The position numbers and the translations under genes are program-made. A DNA stretch of 64,000 bases from the human T2T-CHM13v2.0 reference genome, Homo sapiens. Numbering within the stretch: position 1 is the stretch's first letter; the number at the start of each line of letters is the position of its first letter. Shown here one piece after another: positions 10,602 to 25,119 of the stretch. Below the pieces are notes generated by a model. The model made no database searches. It had not been told where the DNA came from and worked only from the letters and a program-made list of their open reading frames with translations. The stretch is from assembly GCF_009914755.1 (NCBI RefSeq), contig NC_060942.1. One strand, given 5' to 3'.

Positions 10602-13467
10602 TAAGCCATCCTCTTGTATACTGGCTCTGTTAACTTCATCTGACACAGTCTGCTCTGCCTTGTCCAGAAAAGTGGGGACCCAGGGTCAGGACATGCCTGT
10701 GCTTTCTGACCCCAAGTCTTCCACCCAAACCATAGGAGCTATATGACAACATTTGATAGAGCCATTGTTAATTGACTCTGTTTTCATTGTTTGTTTGATT
10801 TTATAGCTCGACTAGTCTCCAAGGAGTAAACTTTCTAGTCCACCATATGTACTATACAGTTAATTATAACACACTCCCTCTCTTACCCATGGACCCTGAA
10901 CATAAGGATGTTTCTAGTCTACATATGGTGAACAATACTGTTCATGCATTCTACCCTCAATGCATTTCCTAGAGCCTTCACACAGTGGACATTAATGACT
11001 TCTTTGGGCCCCTTCTGGTTTCACCAGATGAACAAAAACGAAAATAAGCAGCTGTCATACTTTAACTTAAAAAAAAAAAAAGAAATTCATCAAGCCTACT
11101 CCAATTTGGAGAAGTATTTGGCTTAGAGAGAGAGGAATCAGCTGTACCATTGATGGCAAAAAGCTCACTTACTAATGCACCACTTCCTGACATTTAATTT
11201 GCACAATTTGTCTCTTATTATCTGGCAACTCTCAGAAGATTTTGGAAGGAGGAAAAAAAAGAAGGCAGAAACATAATAAGCATTAAGATTAAAAAGTAAG
11301 AACATAGGGGGCACCAAGTTAAGAGTCAGATAATAGTCAGACTGTGGTCTCCAGGCAAATCCACACCTGTTGACAAACCACTCCAACTAGATAACGGCCA
11401 TAAAAAGGAACCAGATGGAAGGGTAACCAGAAGACAACACGCAATAATCCAGCAAAACTTATTTATGTTAGTTGCCCGGCACTTAGACACCAGAGTACTC
11501 ATTCAAATCTAAACTTAGATGTGATATATCTGCGAATATTACCATACACCTAGATAGGGAAAATTGCATATTTTCCATCATAAAAAAATATCAAAATGTT
11601 TTATCTGTGCTTCTGCAATTCAAAAATGACTGAAGCTGTGAACTTCAAATTTGGCAAGATTGTAGTCCTCATTAAGGAAGGGAATGGAAGCCAATTTTGA
11701 AGAAAAATGGTTTCCTATTTTTGAGTGTAGAAGGTTTAAACAATGAGTGTTGAGCCTAAGATGAGGAACATTTACTCTGCTGTTTTAGCTTCCATTTGGA
11801 TAAAGATGATTAACTGAAGAATAAAACTAGATGTGTCTCTTTTTGACTTAGAAATGAAAACACCTTTCTTGATTCCTTTTGTTTCTCTTCTGCCTTTCTA
11901 AGTCAAAGTTTAATTTGTTAATATGAAGTTAAGACATAAATTAAAGCACTTCAAAAATCAAATAATTCTGATAGTGGCTTTACGTTGGCCAGCTTAGGCC
12001 TGGAGTAGTCTATCCCCATGTGTTTTGGGAGTTAAACGGCTGTAGTGCAATATACAGGATGTGCAAGCGACTAAGAGGATACTGTTATAGGAAATGTGAC
12101 TTTGGAATTTCCTGATTTGACGGCAAAGATTTCAGTCTTAACACTGTGTCAATATTGGTTTTAAATATATACATGTTTGTTTATTGGCACACACACACAT
12201 ACACACAGGAATCACATCCATAAAATGCACCCACATCTGTGGTTAAATACAGCAGCTGTTTAACAGCCCAGTATAACATTCTGAAAAAATTGGGACCTGA
12301 ATTAAGAATCTCACATCAAGTCAAAGCTGCAGTGGGAACTGAGGTCCTATATTAGGAATGCTGTCTTGAGAGCTCTCCAAGCTTCCCCCTGACAGAATTC
12401 CTTTGCCAAATTCACAGCATGGTTCCTAAAATTTGGAATCGATAATGAAAGTCCCTGACTTTATTCCTTGCTCTAATAATTGTATTGTAATAAATAATAC
12501 TTTGAAGGCCAGCTCAAAGTAGAACCGAGGAAATTTAAAGTCTGCTAAATGTGCACATTTACTCATCTCTGAAACAGCAATGAGCAAAAGAAGCAGAAAC
12601 AATTCAAAGGTTCTGTTCACATAACCATAAAAGAAAAAGGCCACCCGTAAGCAAGTGGCCAACAGGTGACAGCACAGGAGCCAATGCGCACCTTTGTTAG
12701 CATTCCACACCATGGCACCTCCTTTGTCTGTGCTCCATGTATCCCATAGCCTAAGTAAAAATAATCTTGGAAATGATAGAGGAAACGTGCAACAAACCAA
12801 AATCACACCTATAAATCATCAGGACACACTAGAGCAGGTAATCTTGAAGGTAAGGCCACCCTACCCTCACTGAATGATTTTTGCCATTGACTGGGCTTAT
12901 TGGAGAGCCTGCCAAGGGGTATACACACACACAAAAGCATGTAGCACTTCTGTCACCTAAAATTGCCCAAGTCTGCAGATGTGAAGATAAGACATTTCTA
13001 TGACAAAACAAGTTTGCAGATTTTTGTCGCTGCTTTTCTCACTGAGGTTTCTTCTTCTCTCTGCTTATGTGCTTTATTCTTCTTCATTTTTTTTTTCTAA
13101 TTTTACTTCTCAACATGTGAGTTGAATCAGTGCATCCTACCCTCACCCTACTACTGCATTTTTCTTCCAACAGCTGCACAATGAATTCCAATTTCCCTAG
13201 CCTGGCATTCGAGGTCCTCTATAATCTGATGTCATCCATTCATTATACAGGTATTCATCCATTCACATGTTCATTTATCTTTTCATTAAATTAGTATTCC
13301 TTAAGTCCAAAGTACAATAATAGGGACTAGAAATACATGAATAAGATACCCTAACTGCATCAAGGATCTTGGAGTCTAGCATGAAGCACACACAATAACG
13401 ATTAATTACAATAAGGGGGAGGATAGAGCAGTGTACAAGACACCATGGAACAACAGGGAGCATTGAA

Positions 13468-14100
<633 letters not shown>

Positions 14101-14619
14101 TTTTAGTTGATTCTAGATCTTGTTAATCTAGAGAAGATTCTAGTTAACTTGTATTTTTGTAAAATCAGTCATGTAGAGTCCGCAACATGGAAGATATACC
14201 TAAGGGATTCCATCCCCCTCATTTCCTACCATTCTGCCTTTTCCAAAACTTACTCTAGTTCAATTAATGCAGCAAGTAGGAACTGTTTCTCTAGCCCAGG
14301 TATGCAAGAAACAGGCCTGTCCAAATTTTCATACAAGCCCCTTTTCTTAGGGAATCCAGGTTTTCCCTCCTTTTTTCCCAAGTTTCTAAGCTTCTATAGG
14401 GTGAGTACCTGAAAAATCTGATCGTTTTTACATTTTATCTGCTCCCCACGTATGTAAGGAACCTATTCTATGCCTTTATGGATCCCCTAAAGCACCAGAC
14501 TCATAGCAGACAATGAAACTGATCTCTACTGAACGAAATTATAGCATTACTCTTCCTTCATAAAATCTTGCCCTCCACTGAAGGCTTTGCACTTAGTAAT
14601 TTTGCAAGGCTTCTGGGCC

Positions 14620-14762
14620 AACACTTAGGATATTCATCACCTGGGGATCCTGTTAAATTCCAATTCTAATTCAATGGGCCTGAGCTTCAGCATTTATTTC
14701 TAACAAGCCCCCAAGTGATACCAATGCTGCTGGTCCATGGATCACACGTTGAGTAACAGAGA
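14620..14762. mobile_element. MER5A (hAT-Charlie)
   Basis: 'atcacctggggatcctgttaaa', 'tctaacaagcccccaagtgataccaatgctgctggtccatggatcacacgttgagta'. Confidence 0.8.
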
Positions 14763-16379
14763 TTTGCATGCTATCATGTTCTATCTCTCCTGAGATATGG
14801 CTTCTCTATTATTTGGGGAATTAAAAAAAATCATTTACTTACATAATTTAAGAATATTAGCTCTTTGAAAGCAAATAATATGTCTTTCACACCCTTGCAT
14901 CTCCATGTAAAGGTTAGCTACTCAGTAACTGATAGTTTATTCCAATTGATTTGCTGACCATGTGTTCCATGCTATTTTTAAGCCCTTAACTGGCTCTCAG
15001 CTATCCTCAGAATTCAGTGCAAAAACCTTAGATCATGCCAAACATGATCATGCCAAAAACCTGAGCCTGTTCACCCTCCAGTCTGACCTCCTGCTGCAAG
15101 CCCACGTCCAGCCTTGTGTCCCTGCCATCATATGTGGGAGCCTCTCTCATTCAGACGGGGGCTCCAGGGTAAGGGTCTGACAATTATGGAAGATATGGCT
15201 CATGTAGGACTCTGAGGAGTTATAGGAAGGATGGAAAATATGTCCAACTTCATTTCTTTGCCCTCAGCTTCTAGTCTGGATAAAGGGTTATCTGTAACTG
15301 AGACACAGGCATAACCTCTCTAAGCCTCAGAAGCAATGGGAAGCTGAGCCCTGAACCACGAGGACTGGGTAGGCATTTTCCCCATTCTTGAGGTCCTTTA
15401 TTCTCTCTTCCCCAATTTGCTTCATCTGTGTGCCCGCTAATTTTTGCTTTGGTTTTGTTCTTCCATCCTGTGGTCTAATTTCTAATTACTTTTCTCCCCT
15501 TATGTTTTCATCTTCAATAATTGTGGGTTTTTCTCTCAGCATATCCATTTTTGGCCTTTGTTTCTCTTCCTGCATTACTTTCTCTTTTAAGATTTCCGTT
15601 CCTATCTCTTGTAAGTGGCTTTCCTTTTGCCTCCTGTGTGCAACTGCCCTTGTGGTAATCTGGCGCATGGTTGACAAAGGCCAGCTTCCCTTTGCTGACG
15701 GGCCAAGGTGTGTTCTTAGAATTTGGCTTTTGGGTTTATTCCCCTTGTACCAGCTAGCATTCTATAAAATTGGATTTTGCAATTTCATGGCCTCCCCCAT
15801 GCACACCATTGAGCATGTCTTTATCTCTTTCTCCATCTTAATTAAAGCCTGTTACACTCACATGCACAAATTAAAATGAATTTTACATACATTCTCTTCA
15901 TAGTTGCTGGCGATTTGCATGTGAGCCTGGAAGTGAATGCCGTAGCGGAGGACATTACAGCCTGCAGCTGCTACCTGCTCCAGACACCTACATGGAGTTT
16001 GCTGACAGGCAGCCCAAGTGGTCTCAAGGCTGGAATCCTGACAAGCACCACACCTGCTAAGGGAATTGATTTGATCAGAGCTTGTTTAGAGGCAAAGTGA
16101 CAATAATGAAGATCTCTTCCCTTATCAGGTTACAGATTGCTCTCCCATAAGCCACCGGAAATCTAAAGACTCATCAGAAACTTAAGGGAAATTCTCACCC
16201 AGCTGCTTTCTCTCCTAAATGACTTGTCTACTGTTAGACTGATGGCTTAGGGCTTGGCATGAAGATTTCATCCAGATGTGGTGGGCTTCAGGCCCCAGCA
16301 CATTCTTCCGTTTAAGTGGTGGCCTGAAACCTGCCATTGGAAGACATGAGGCGAGAATGTTTCCAAGCTCTTCAGAAGA

Positions 16380-17620
16380 TATTAGCATATTGCTCAAATG
16401 TCCTTTTGGGCAGATTTTTGTGTTCCTTATGCGTTAGATTAGCATGCTAAGAATATGCTTTCTCATGAAGACTGAGAAGAGTTGACACCTTAGACAGGAA
16501 TGGCCAGGCTCTGTTAAAGAAAGATGTTTGATGAGGTAGCTCAGCATATTAGCCTGGTTCCCAATCACAGGCCCAAATAAATAAGATGGAACCCAAAGGA
16601 ATTCGGCTGTTGTCTGCCAAGCAGTTTGTCAAGGCAGCAAGCTTTATTTTTCAACCACACTGTCCTCAGGTAGAGACCATGATGCTTAGTGCATGCACCA
16701 TTGACCTGCAAGTGTGAGAAAACGGGGAAACATCTAGGCAAAACTGGGAAGATTGCTAGATTCAAGGGGAAGGACAGTAGGAGGAAATGCCACCATTCCT
16801 CTAGAATTTGGATGCTTGCTGTGGACTATCACTTTGGAAAGAATCTTGACAATTGTATTAATTTTATAATAGTTTTCTGATGCATTAAAACCACCTTATA
16901 ATTCAACACACCACTTGCATGTAGAAATTAAAATGTATTGATCCACAACTTTCTTCATGTTTCAGTTTAAGAGTGATTAAAGGAAGGAGCTGCATTTTTT
17001 TCTTTTATATCACTTTCCTGCAAAACGGGGAGAAAACAAACACAGGTGCTTTAAAATTTTCAAGGTGCAAACTAAATTACACGATGCCCAGGAGTGTGCA
17101 GTAGCATTTCTTTGTTTGAGCATGGAATAAAAGACAGATAATTAGGAAATTGGGAGTCTATTAATTTTCCAAATTTACTCATGCAAGAACCACTGAGCTA
17201 TGGTGATATTTGCTTACCTCGTCATTATGCAAAAATATATTAGCTAATTATTTTGACTAATGCAATTAAGATATGCATATTTAGCATAAACCATACAATA
17301 GAAATGTTACAGTCAGCAATTGCTGAGTTGCGCTCATGGGTAACAGAGAGGCAAAAGTCCCTGCTCAGTCTCCAATGGTAAGCCACAAGATTGCTACAAC
17401 TCTGCCTGCACTGTTATTATTAGTTTGGTTGCAGTAATTAATTTTCTTTACAGCATGACTAGGTGGCACAGCTAGCAGTGGTATTAATTTTTGTTATGAG
17501 ACACCTGAAGATGTCAGCTTTTGAGCAGCAATGTTTGCACCTTTAATTGCCTTAATCAGTGGAAATGCAGTATCTTTTTCAGGGAACCAATTAAGAACGC
17601 TATTGTTATTTTTCTTTTCT
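16380..17620. promoter_or_regulatory. Candidate conserved non-coding element / enhancer
   Basis: No recognisable TE. Clustered ATTAGCAT/ATTTAGCAT, ACAATAG, TAATTA and palindromic TCAGCAATTGCTGA motifs. Function is inferred only. Confidence 0.4.
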
Positions 17621-17787
17621 CTCTAACCCTTACTAATGAATACAGGAGCTAGTAAAAGTTAAGGTGATTGCAGTAACTAAGAGGGGCATCTTCTGTTCTT
17701 AATCCAGGGAACCCACTGAGCCTTGAGCTCCTGAAAGAGAGAGCAAGGCTTTCGCGGAAACTTGTTGGGCTCCATCATCCCATAAAC

Positions 17788-17890
17788 CCTTGCAACTCAA
17801 AGTGTGGCTAGTGGACCAGGCTGGGCCCACCTTCAGACCCTCTGAATCAGAATCCGCATCTTAATAAGATGCCCAGGTGATTAGCATGCT
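17788..17890. mobile_element. MER5A, internally deleted
   Basis: 'actcaaagtgtgg..ggaccag', 'cagaccctctgaatcagaatccgcatcttaataagatgcccaggtgatt'. Confidence 0.75.
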
Positions 17891-18550
17891 GTAGAAAGAG
17901 ATTAAGATTTTTCTCAGCTCTCATTGTACCCTGGGTCAGCTGAGGATACCAGAAAAATGAAACAGGAAAGATGCCAGAATGAAAAGGCAAAGAGAGGAAA
18001 AGGTTTGGGAAAACAGTATAATGAGGATGGGGCCCCTACCTCACAGATTTGCTCAGAGTTGGGCCCCACAAGAGTCTCTTCCTGGGCTCTGGCATGATCT
18101 TGTCTAAGAATGTCAGCCAAGGCTTCCTAACTGTATACCCCCAACTCATGCCTCATGGCACATTCTCCACAAACTCCACCAGTCGGACCTAGATCTCTGG
18201 CTGCTCTTTGCTTCTTTCTCCCTTTGTTCTTGCACATCAAGAGTTACATGGGTCATGTTTGTTACAGTCTCTGTGTTACCAAGATTTTTACTTCCAAGAA
18301 CGTTTCTGTCTAACTGGCCTAGAACTTATCTTGACTGGCTCTTCTCTCTCTGTCCACCCACATTTCATGGCATCTTATCCTACTAGAAAACACTACAGGG
18401 ATCTTTTATCTCCACTCCTGGCCATAAGCTGGCTCTTCAGGTTACAAACAGGTACACCTGAAATCAAGGCCCTTTCATTTGTATCTCCATCCCATGTTCA
18501 GCTCCTGAAATTTTGTGTCCGCAGAGTCAAGCTAGGCTTATTAGCTTCTA

Positions 18551-19005
<455 letters not shown>

Positions 19006-19038
19006 TTAGAGTATAGAAATGATTACCTTAGAAGCTCC

Positions 19039-19461
19039 TGTAGGGGCTGAATTGTGTGCTCTCAAAAAATTCATGTTGAATTCTTAATCCAAGTACCTCA
19101 GAATGTCTCTTTATTTGAGACAGGTTCTTTACAGAGATGATTCAGTTGAAATGAGCTCATTAGGGTGGTCCCTAATCCAATATGACTGACTGGTGTCCTA
19201 ACAAGAGGAAGTTTGAACACAGGCAAGTACAAGACAAGGGTGGAAATGATGGGAAACACAGGGAGAAGAGGACAGCCATCTATAAGCCAAGGAGAGAGGC
19301 CTGGAGCAGATCCTTCCCTTACAGCCCACAGAAGGAACCAAACTTGCTGACACCTTCATCTTAGATTTCTGTCCCCTAGAACTGTGAGACCATGAGTGTA
19401 TAAATTTGTTTAAGCCATCCAATCATGGCACTTTGTTAAGTGGGACTTAGAAACTCATACA
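19039..19461 (+). mobile_element. MLT1B-like solo LTR (MaLR)
   Basis: tgtagggg...aactcataca termini with perfect 5-bp TSD gctcc. Confidence 0.9.
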
Positions 19462-19499
19462 GCTCCTTAAAAAAAAAACAAACATAAAATTTTGTCCAT

Positions 19500-19616
19500 A
19501 TATTTATCCCCTGATGGCATCTAACATCACAGCAGGTGTCACATAGTAGTTGCTCAATAAATATTCATTGAGTGAGTGAATAGATGAATAAATGGACACA
19601 TGAATGAATGAATGAT
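19500..19616 (+). mobile_element. L2 3' end
   Basis: 'cacatagtagttgctcaataaatattcattgagtgagtgaat..atgaatgaatga'. Confidence 0.8.
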
Positions 19617-20270
19617 TTAAAGAACCATTCTCAGGTCTTTAAGTTAAGATCTGTCTTCTTTATTTGCGCCTGATTCTGTGGAATTTCTGTGATATGTGCC
19701 TTTCATTCCAAGGGGAAATGAAAGTTGATCCTTGAGCAAACACCCTAGAGAAAAGCACTGGTAGCCTTGGGCTTCTCTTTCCAGCCACAAGGGGCTTTTA
19801 GTTGGTCCTTCAAGGAGTTTCCAATGTCTCAAAGAGCATGAGTCAGCAGGGTGGCACACATATTTGTTTTCACATATTAGTCATATATTTGATAGAGTGT
19901 ACAGCAAATGTATGTGATAACATAAAATATATTTTAAAATTACAAATTTGGACAGCTGTCATGACATTTGAAAGAGTACTTTAAAAATACTGCTACATCC
20001 ATTTTTAAATGCCATGCCAAATGGCTAAATTTGTCAGCCTTTCCATATTTTTTATATTTGCTTGTTTGTTTTGATTTTTGAAAAGGAACTCACCAGGTAA
20101 TTTCTGGGCAGCTGGTCAATAGTCATGAAAACCCTGCTTTGTAAAAGTTAAATAAAAAGTGAGTCTAAAATGAACCCTGCCCAACTCCACCCAGCGTGTC
20201 CTATTTAATAGACTACTTTGGGCAAAACGGCCAAGAAACTATCAGGAACTAAGTGGGAGATTTAGCAAAC

Positions 20271-20568
20271 TTGAGGTTGGCAGAACAACGAGAAAGCACA
20301 ATTTGGGGTTCAGGAATTGGCATTTCAAACCCTGTGTGCTTGTAATGAAGTTGACACATGCCCCATCCAAGGGAGGGACAGGGCTGCTTTGCTCCTGTCA
20401 ATTTTTGCCGTGAAGAAGTACAGACCCAGACAAGGAAACCCAAAAATGCAAACTTTGAAAAAAAGTCCCATATTTTCAATTATAAATTTTTAAGAACACT
20501 GCACAAAGCCAAATGAAGCATGTCAAGAGGCCACATGTGGCCTATCACCTGTCATTTTTCAACCTTTG
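20271..20568 (-). mobile_element. MER102-like hAT-Charlie element
   Basis: Termini gaggttggca... and ...'aacactgcacaaagccaaatgaagcatgtc..ggccacatgtggcc..ttttcaaccttt'. Confidence 0.6.
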
Positions 20569-20692
20569 TACTACTCTATGTTCAAAAATATTTCAGGCCA
20601 AAGAGAAACCATACTGGTTTCTCACCACATACCTATTCTAAGGAATTTGGCTTTTGGAGCTTAGATGTGAAACTCCCTTATAAACTTATTAC

Positions 20693-20694
<2 letters not shown>

Positions 20695-20724
<30 letters not shown>
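20695..20724. repeat. (AC)15 microsatellite
   Basis: Seen directly. Confidence 0.95.
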
Positions 20725-20726
<2 letters not shown>

Positions 20727-22214
20727 ATTTACTTGATATTATATACATATAAATGTATTTAAACAGTAAAATTGCCATAGTAGGAGAAACAAACATTGGC
20801 ACAGATAATCTGCCATATTATGGGATTTTGTTTATTGTTGGTTTTTACCAGCAATTGCAAGATGTGTCTTTCTGATTTTATTCAGATCAAATGAAAGTCT
20901 TTAAATTGGTTTGCTTTGTCTGAGCTTCTAAGAGCAGAGAGGGAGGAGTTGAAGTCCACATGTGTGATGGTGGCAGAAGGAAGATTGCCCAGAACAGGAA
21001 ATTTGCCTCGGATCACCAAGTGTCAACGGTAGAGTGGCAGCGTTAAGTTGTCCTTTGGAATTGAGCTAATCCTTAAACTTAGTGCATATCCAAAACATTA
21101 GCTATCTGCTGTCAGGCCTTTATGTGCCACATGCTGAGTTAATTAACACAGAGACACTTGATACTGGAACCCTCCAGAGGGGAAAACAGAAAGCAGCCCA
21201 GGCCTGAGAACAGACAGAGCCCTTGGGGGGATGGAAAACACGGGGGTCTGTTCAGGTTTTATTTCTTTCTGCTCTTGTGATACAAGGTCAATGGGTTAGT
21301 CAATCCCATTTCTGTTCCATTATTGTCTGTTGTAATTCCCAGGAAGACATCTTCTATGAATAATGAAGCCTTACTGCATTCTGAAAATTAAACATCAAAA
21401 CTACCAACATTCCCTCCATGATGGTCAAAGAGAAAAGTTCGATGGAAAACCGACTTGCCCTATAAGACAGCAGCTCTCTCTTTAGAACCCATTACAAAAA
21501 CAATGAGAGCAGTTTCTGCTCAAAATTTCATTCTTATAAATGTATTTATGTAGATCTATTTACATAATTCCATGGAAAACACACCCAACGTTTTCTATTT
21601 TTACACTGTGGTGAATGTGTGTGCACACACAAAGATTTCTTGTAGTCTTAGGGGCTAGATAATAGAGAAAAACATTCTATCATTCATCCACTTCTAGAAT
21701 GCTGCAGGCAGGGTCTGTCTTGGAGGCTCATGCCTAGGAGTCATGGCGTAGTGTGGGATGAAATATCTTTACAGGAAAGACAAGTGGAGACTAATGGCAA
21801 GTACTTTAGTAATACTATGAAGGCAAAGAAACCTCGTCTTGACTAGCTAGTAGCAATGGGAATGGAGAAGAGGGGAATAGAAAGAGGATACCCTAAATGA
21901 GAAAGAAATAAGACTTAGAAAACAACAAAATACAAAGCCAATGTGTCGCTGAGGTTTCAGGCATGGATGCTGAGGATGTCAGTGCTGGGAGAGAGGGAGC
22001 AAGAGTGGCTGGTGGAAAAGAGATGGTCTCCCATGGTGGTTGGTCACCAGCTTTGGAATAAGACAAACAACTCTTGTTAGACATGCAACCCCAGGGAATT
22101 CCTTACACTCTTTAAACTGCTGATTCCTTAACTATATATACTATAAATGATGACATCTTCACAGGGTGGTCATAGAAGGATGAAAAGAGGAAAAGAACAT
22201 ATCAGAGGCACTAG

Positions 22215-22515
22215 AGTATAGCACTAAACAGCATTGATGGGAGTCGACAAATTTCTTTCCCCTTAATAATCATGTAGCCTTGGGAAAGTTATTCAGGGTC
22301 TCCAGGCCTCACTTTCCCCTTGTGTGAAATGAAAATGATAATAACAGTGCCTACTTCATTAGTTCGTTGTGGGGATGAAATAAGACAATATATGTAAATC
22401 ACTCTAAACAGCGATTGGTATGTAGCAACTACTCAGCATGCATTAGCTATTATGAGGTAGCGTGCTTAGCACAGTACCTGGGACAAAATAAGAGCTCAAT
22501 GAACAATAGTATGAT
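22215..22515 (+). mobile_element. MIR SINE plus a second MIR tail
   Basis: 'ccttgggaaagttatt..gcctcactttcccc..tgaaatg..ataataacagtgcctacttca', then 'gtgcttagcacagtacctgg'. Confidence 0.85.
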
Positions 22516-23859
22516 CGTGCTGATGCTGACGGTGTACGTGGTTTTGACAAATAGAGCTGTAACAGGACATCAGGAAGAAAAAGGCCACTCAACCGAGATA
22601 TGGAAATGAGGAAAGAGCCTCAGAATAGCAATGACAAACAAAGTCCCATCCCATCCAGAGGCCTCCCAGTTCGGGAGACACAATTTGGATGGCCACACTT
22701 GTGCCATCACCCTCAGCCTTGGCACTTCTCAGACACAGGCTACAGACTGGGCATCCTAGAAACACATGAAGCACCACGGTGCAATAATGGAGAAGCAGCT
22801 CAGACTCCCCGCCACCTGCCCTGCGTGACATCACGGTGCTCACCTCTCCGCAGCCTTTCCTACAACTCACCCCACAACACCCCGTCATTGCTACTGCCAT
22901 GATTTTGGCTAATTTTGCATTAGCCATGTGGACTGTCGGATGGTTTCTGCTGTATTTTGTTGCCCTTTCAAATATTTCTTAAATAGAAGATTGTACCATC
23001 TGGTGGGCAATCTGCCTGTGTGCTATCTCACCTATCCCAGCGTGGATTCCAGTCCTATTAGGGAAGGAGCGAGGGAGAGAGGAGAAGCTGTTTGCTAGCG
23101 AGCTGCCTCTGTCCGCCGGCAGCCCACTGTCACGGGTCTCCTCCCTCTCTCCTTGTGGCCTGGTTCTGCGTGCACAGCAGTCAGTTTCTGTTGCTGAGTA
23201 TGTTTCTCCCACTCACTCCACACCCTGGCTATTACTCATGGGGCTGCAGGGAGCAGATGCCTCCATAGATAGACCTCTCCGACCTGTGCTGACATTTTAC
23301 CTACCTAAGCATGGAATGGTGGTGCTGCTGCACTTCCAAAGTGGGAGGGAGAGTGGCCAGGACTCAGTTAAACTCCACACGCCTCCCTACATCTCTCCCT
23401 TACATCACACATCTCTACTCCACCAAGTCAAAAAATTGATTGAATGTGCTCAGAATTCTAATGGTACCTAAAGAATGAAAACACCCACAGGTATTTTATG
23501 AAAAAAAATATAGGGGTGTGTGTGTGTGTTTTTTATATATATATATCCCATACAATTTACAGAACTTAACAGAGGCTTACAGCATATTTAGCTTTTATTC
23601 TACCACAGGGAAGGGAACACCAATTGTGCATGGGGAAAATGCAGATTTGATGTTTTGGGTTTAGAAGATGATGCTATTAACAGTCACATCAAGATGTCAG
23701 AACATTATCTGGCAAACTTTTTTGGTGGGAACAAAAACAACTTCCTGCTTTTTTCCATCTGGGGGTGAGTAATAGGCTCATGGCAAATCTCAAATAATTG
23801 TCAAGTATGGCAATTGTTGAGTGGTCACCAATGGGAAAGCTATACCCCGGAGGCCTAGG

Positions 23860-24030
23860 GTTGGACTCCGCCCCTCCCTTCTACTACATGCGTGACCTTG
23901 GGCAAATTACATAACCTCAGTTTTCTCATCTGTAAAATGAGTGTAATAAGTAATCGTACCTACCTGACAGAGTTGTTTGATTCAAAAATCCTTATAGAGC
24001 TGCATCTATGCCAGAAACTCTTCTGAGTAC
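23860..24030 (+). mobile_element. MIR SINE
   Basis: 'gtgaccttgggcaaattacataacctcagttttctcatctgtaaaatg'. Confidence 0.9.
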
Positions 24031-24250
24031 CTTACAAATCAGCCAAATAGCTCCCCCTTCTCCTAAATGGAATCCTGGCACAGGCCCAGGGCCCATTCTG
24101 GAGAATGAGAGAAAGAAAGAAACTAAGAAAAAGTGACATCCAGAGAAAGCAAAAGGTCCAAAATAGCACAGAGGGAAAAAAGAGCAACCCATGGAATTAT
24201 AATTAATCAGTTGGCCAATCATTCAAGTATCTCTGCAGAAGAGGTTCCCC

Positions 24251-24722
24251 TCGGTGGCAGACACTGTTGGTCCCTGTCTGTGTGCCCTCACCCCTAGCAC
24301 TTCAGTGCAGTCCAGGCTGATTTCTAGCTGCCAACTCCTGGATTCTTTTATCAGGCCTTTTGGTGACACTATAGCCATTTTGCCTGCCCTTGCAGATGTC
24401 TGCAAGACCTAAGGAACCAACAACCCCAGGAGTGTGCTAACCAATGAGAGGCAGGATTTGGTGATTAAATACCAAGGGCACTCTCATTTCACTGACAGGT
24501 TAACTTTGAAAAATGTGTTTTTCACTGGCTCCCAGAGTTAACTGCTCCAGGTATACACAGTGGTACCTGGCTCAATAACACACCATCTATAATGCATCCT
24601 GTACTGGCTGCCTTCTTTTTATGTCTCGCCTTTGTGCTCTACTACCTTCACATCCCAAATAAATGACTTGCATGTGAATCCTTGACTCAGAGTTTAATTC
24701 TGTGGGAACTCAGAATAAGACA
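24251..24722 (+). mobile_element. LTR16-family ERVL LTR
   Basis: 3' end 'cacatcccaaataaatgacttgcatgtgaatccttgactcagag..ggaactcagaataagaca'. Confidence 0.7.
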
Positions 24723-25119
24723 CCCCTAACCCAATGGATAACTAATATTGGGCCAGATTGCTCTCAAATGCCAAATGTCAGAAAACCATAGTGCAACATT
24801 TCTGAATGTTTGAAGAGAATGATTTGGGACCCACGAATTTAATTTTCAGCCAAGATGTCATTCGCACGTGACAATAACAGAAATTCATTCCCAACTAAGA
24901 TCTTTAAAGAGGTGAATCAAAAAAACTAAAAAATGAGGAATCTGTGATATTTGATGATTTCTAATCCTAACCAGACACCCTTCTCACTGTTCACATTTTT
25001 ACTAATACTTTCTCATCTGGGAAATTTTTAAAAATCATTTTTCTTATGCTTCATGTTTTTGAACCCATTGTTCAAAGAATGACCTCCAGATTGGAATTCC
25101 TCATTTGAGCAGGTTGTGA

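Noticed and set aside
15388-15879. 163-aa hydrophobic ORF resembling a membrane protein
   Set aside because: It has a TTG start, and the F/L/S richness comes from a T/C-rich strand that lacks stop codons.
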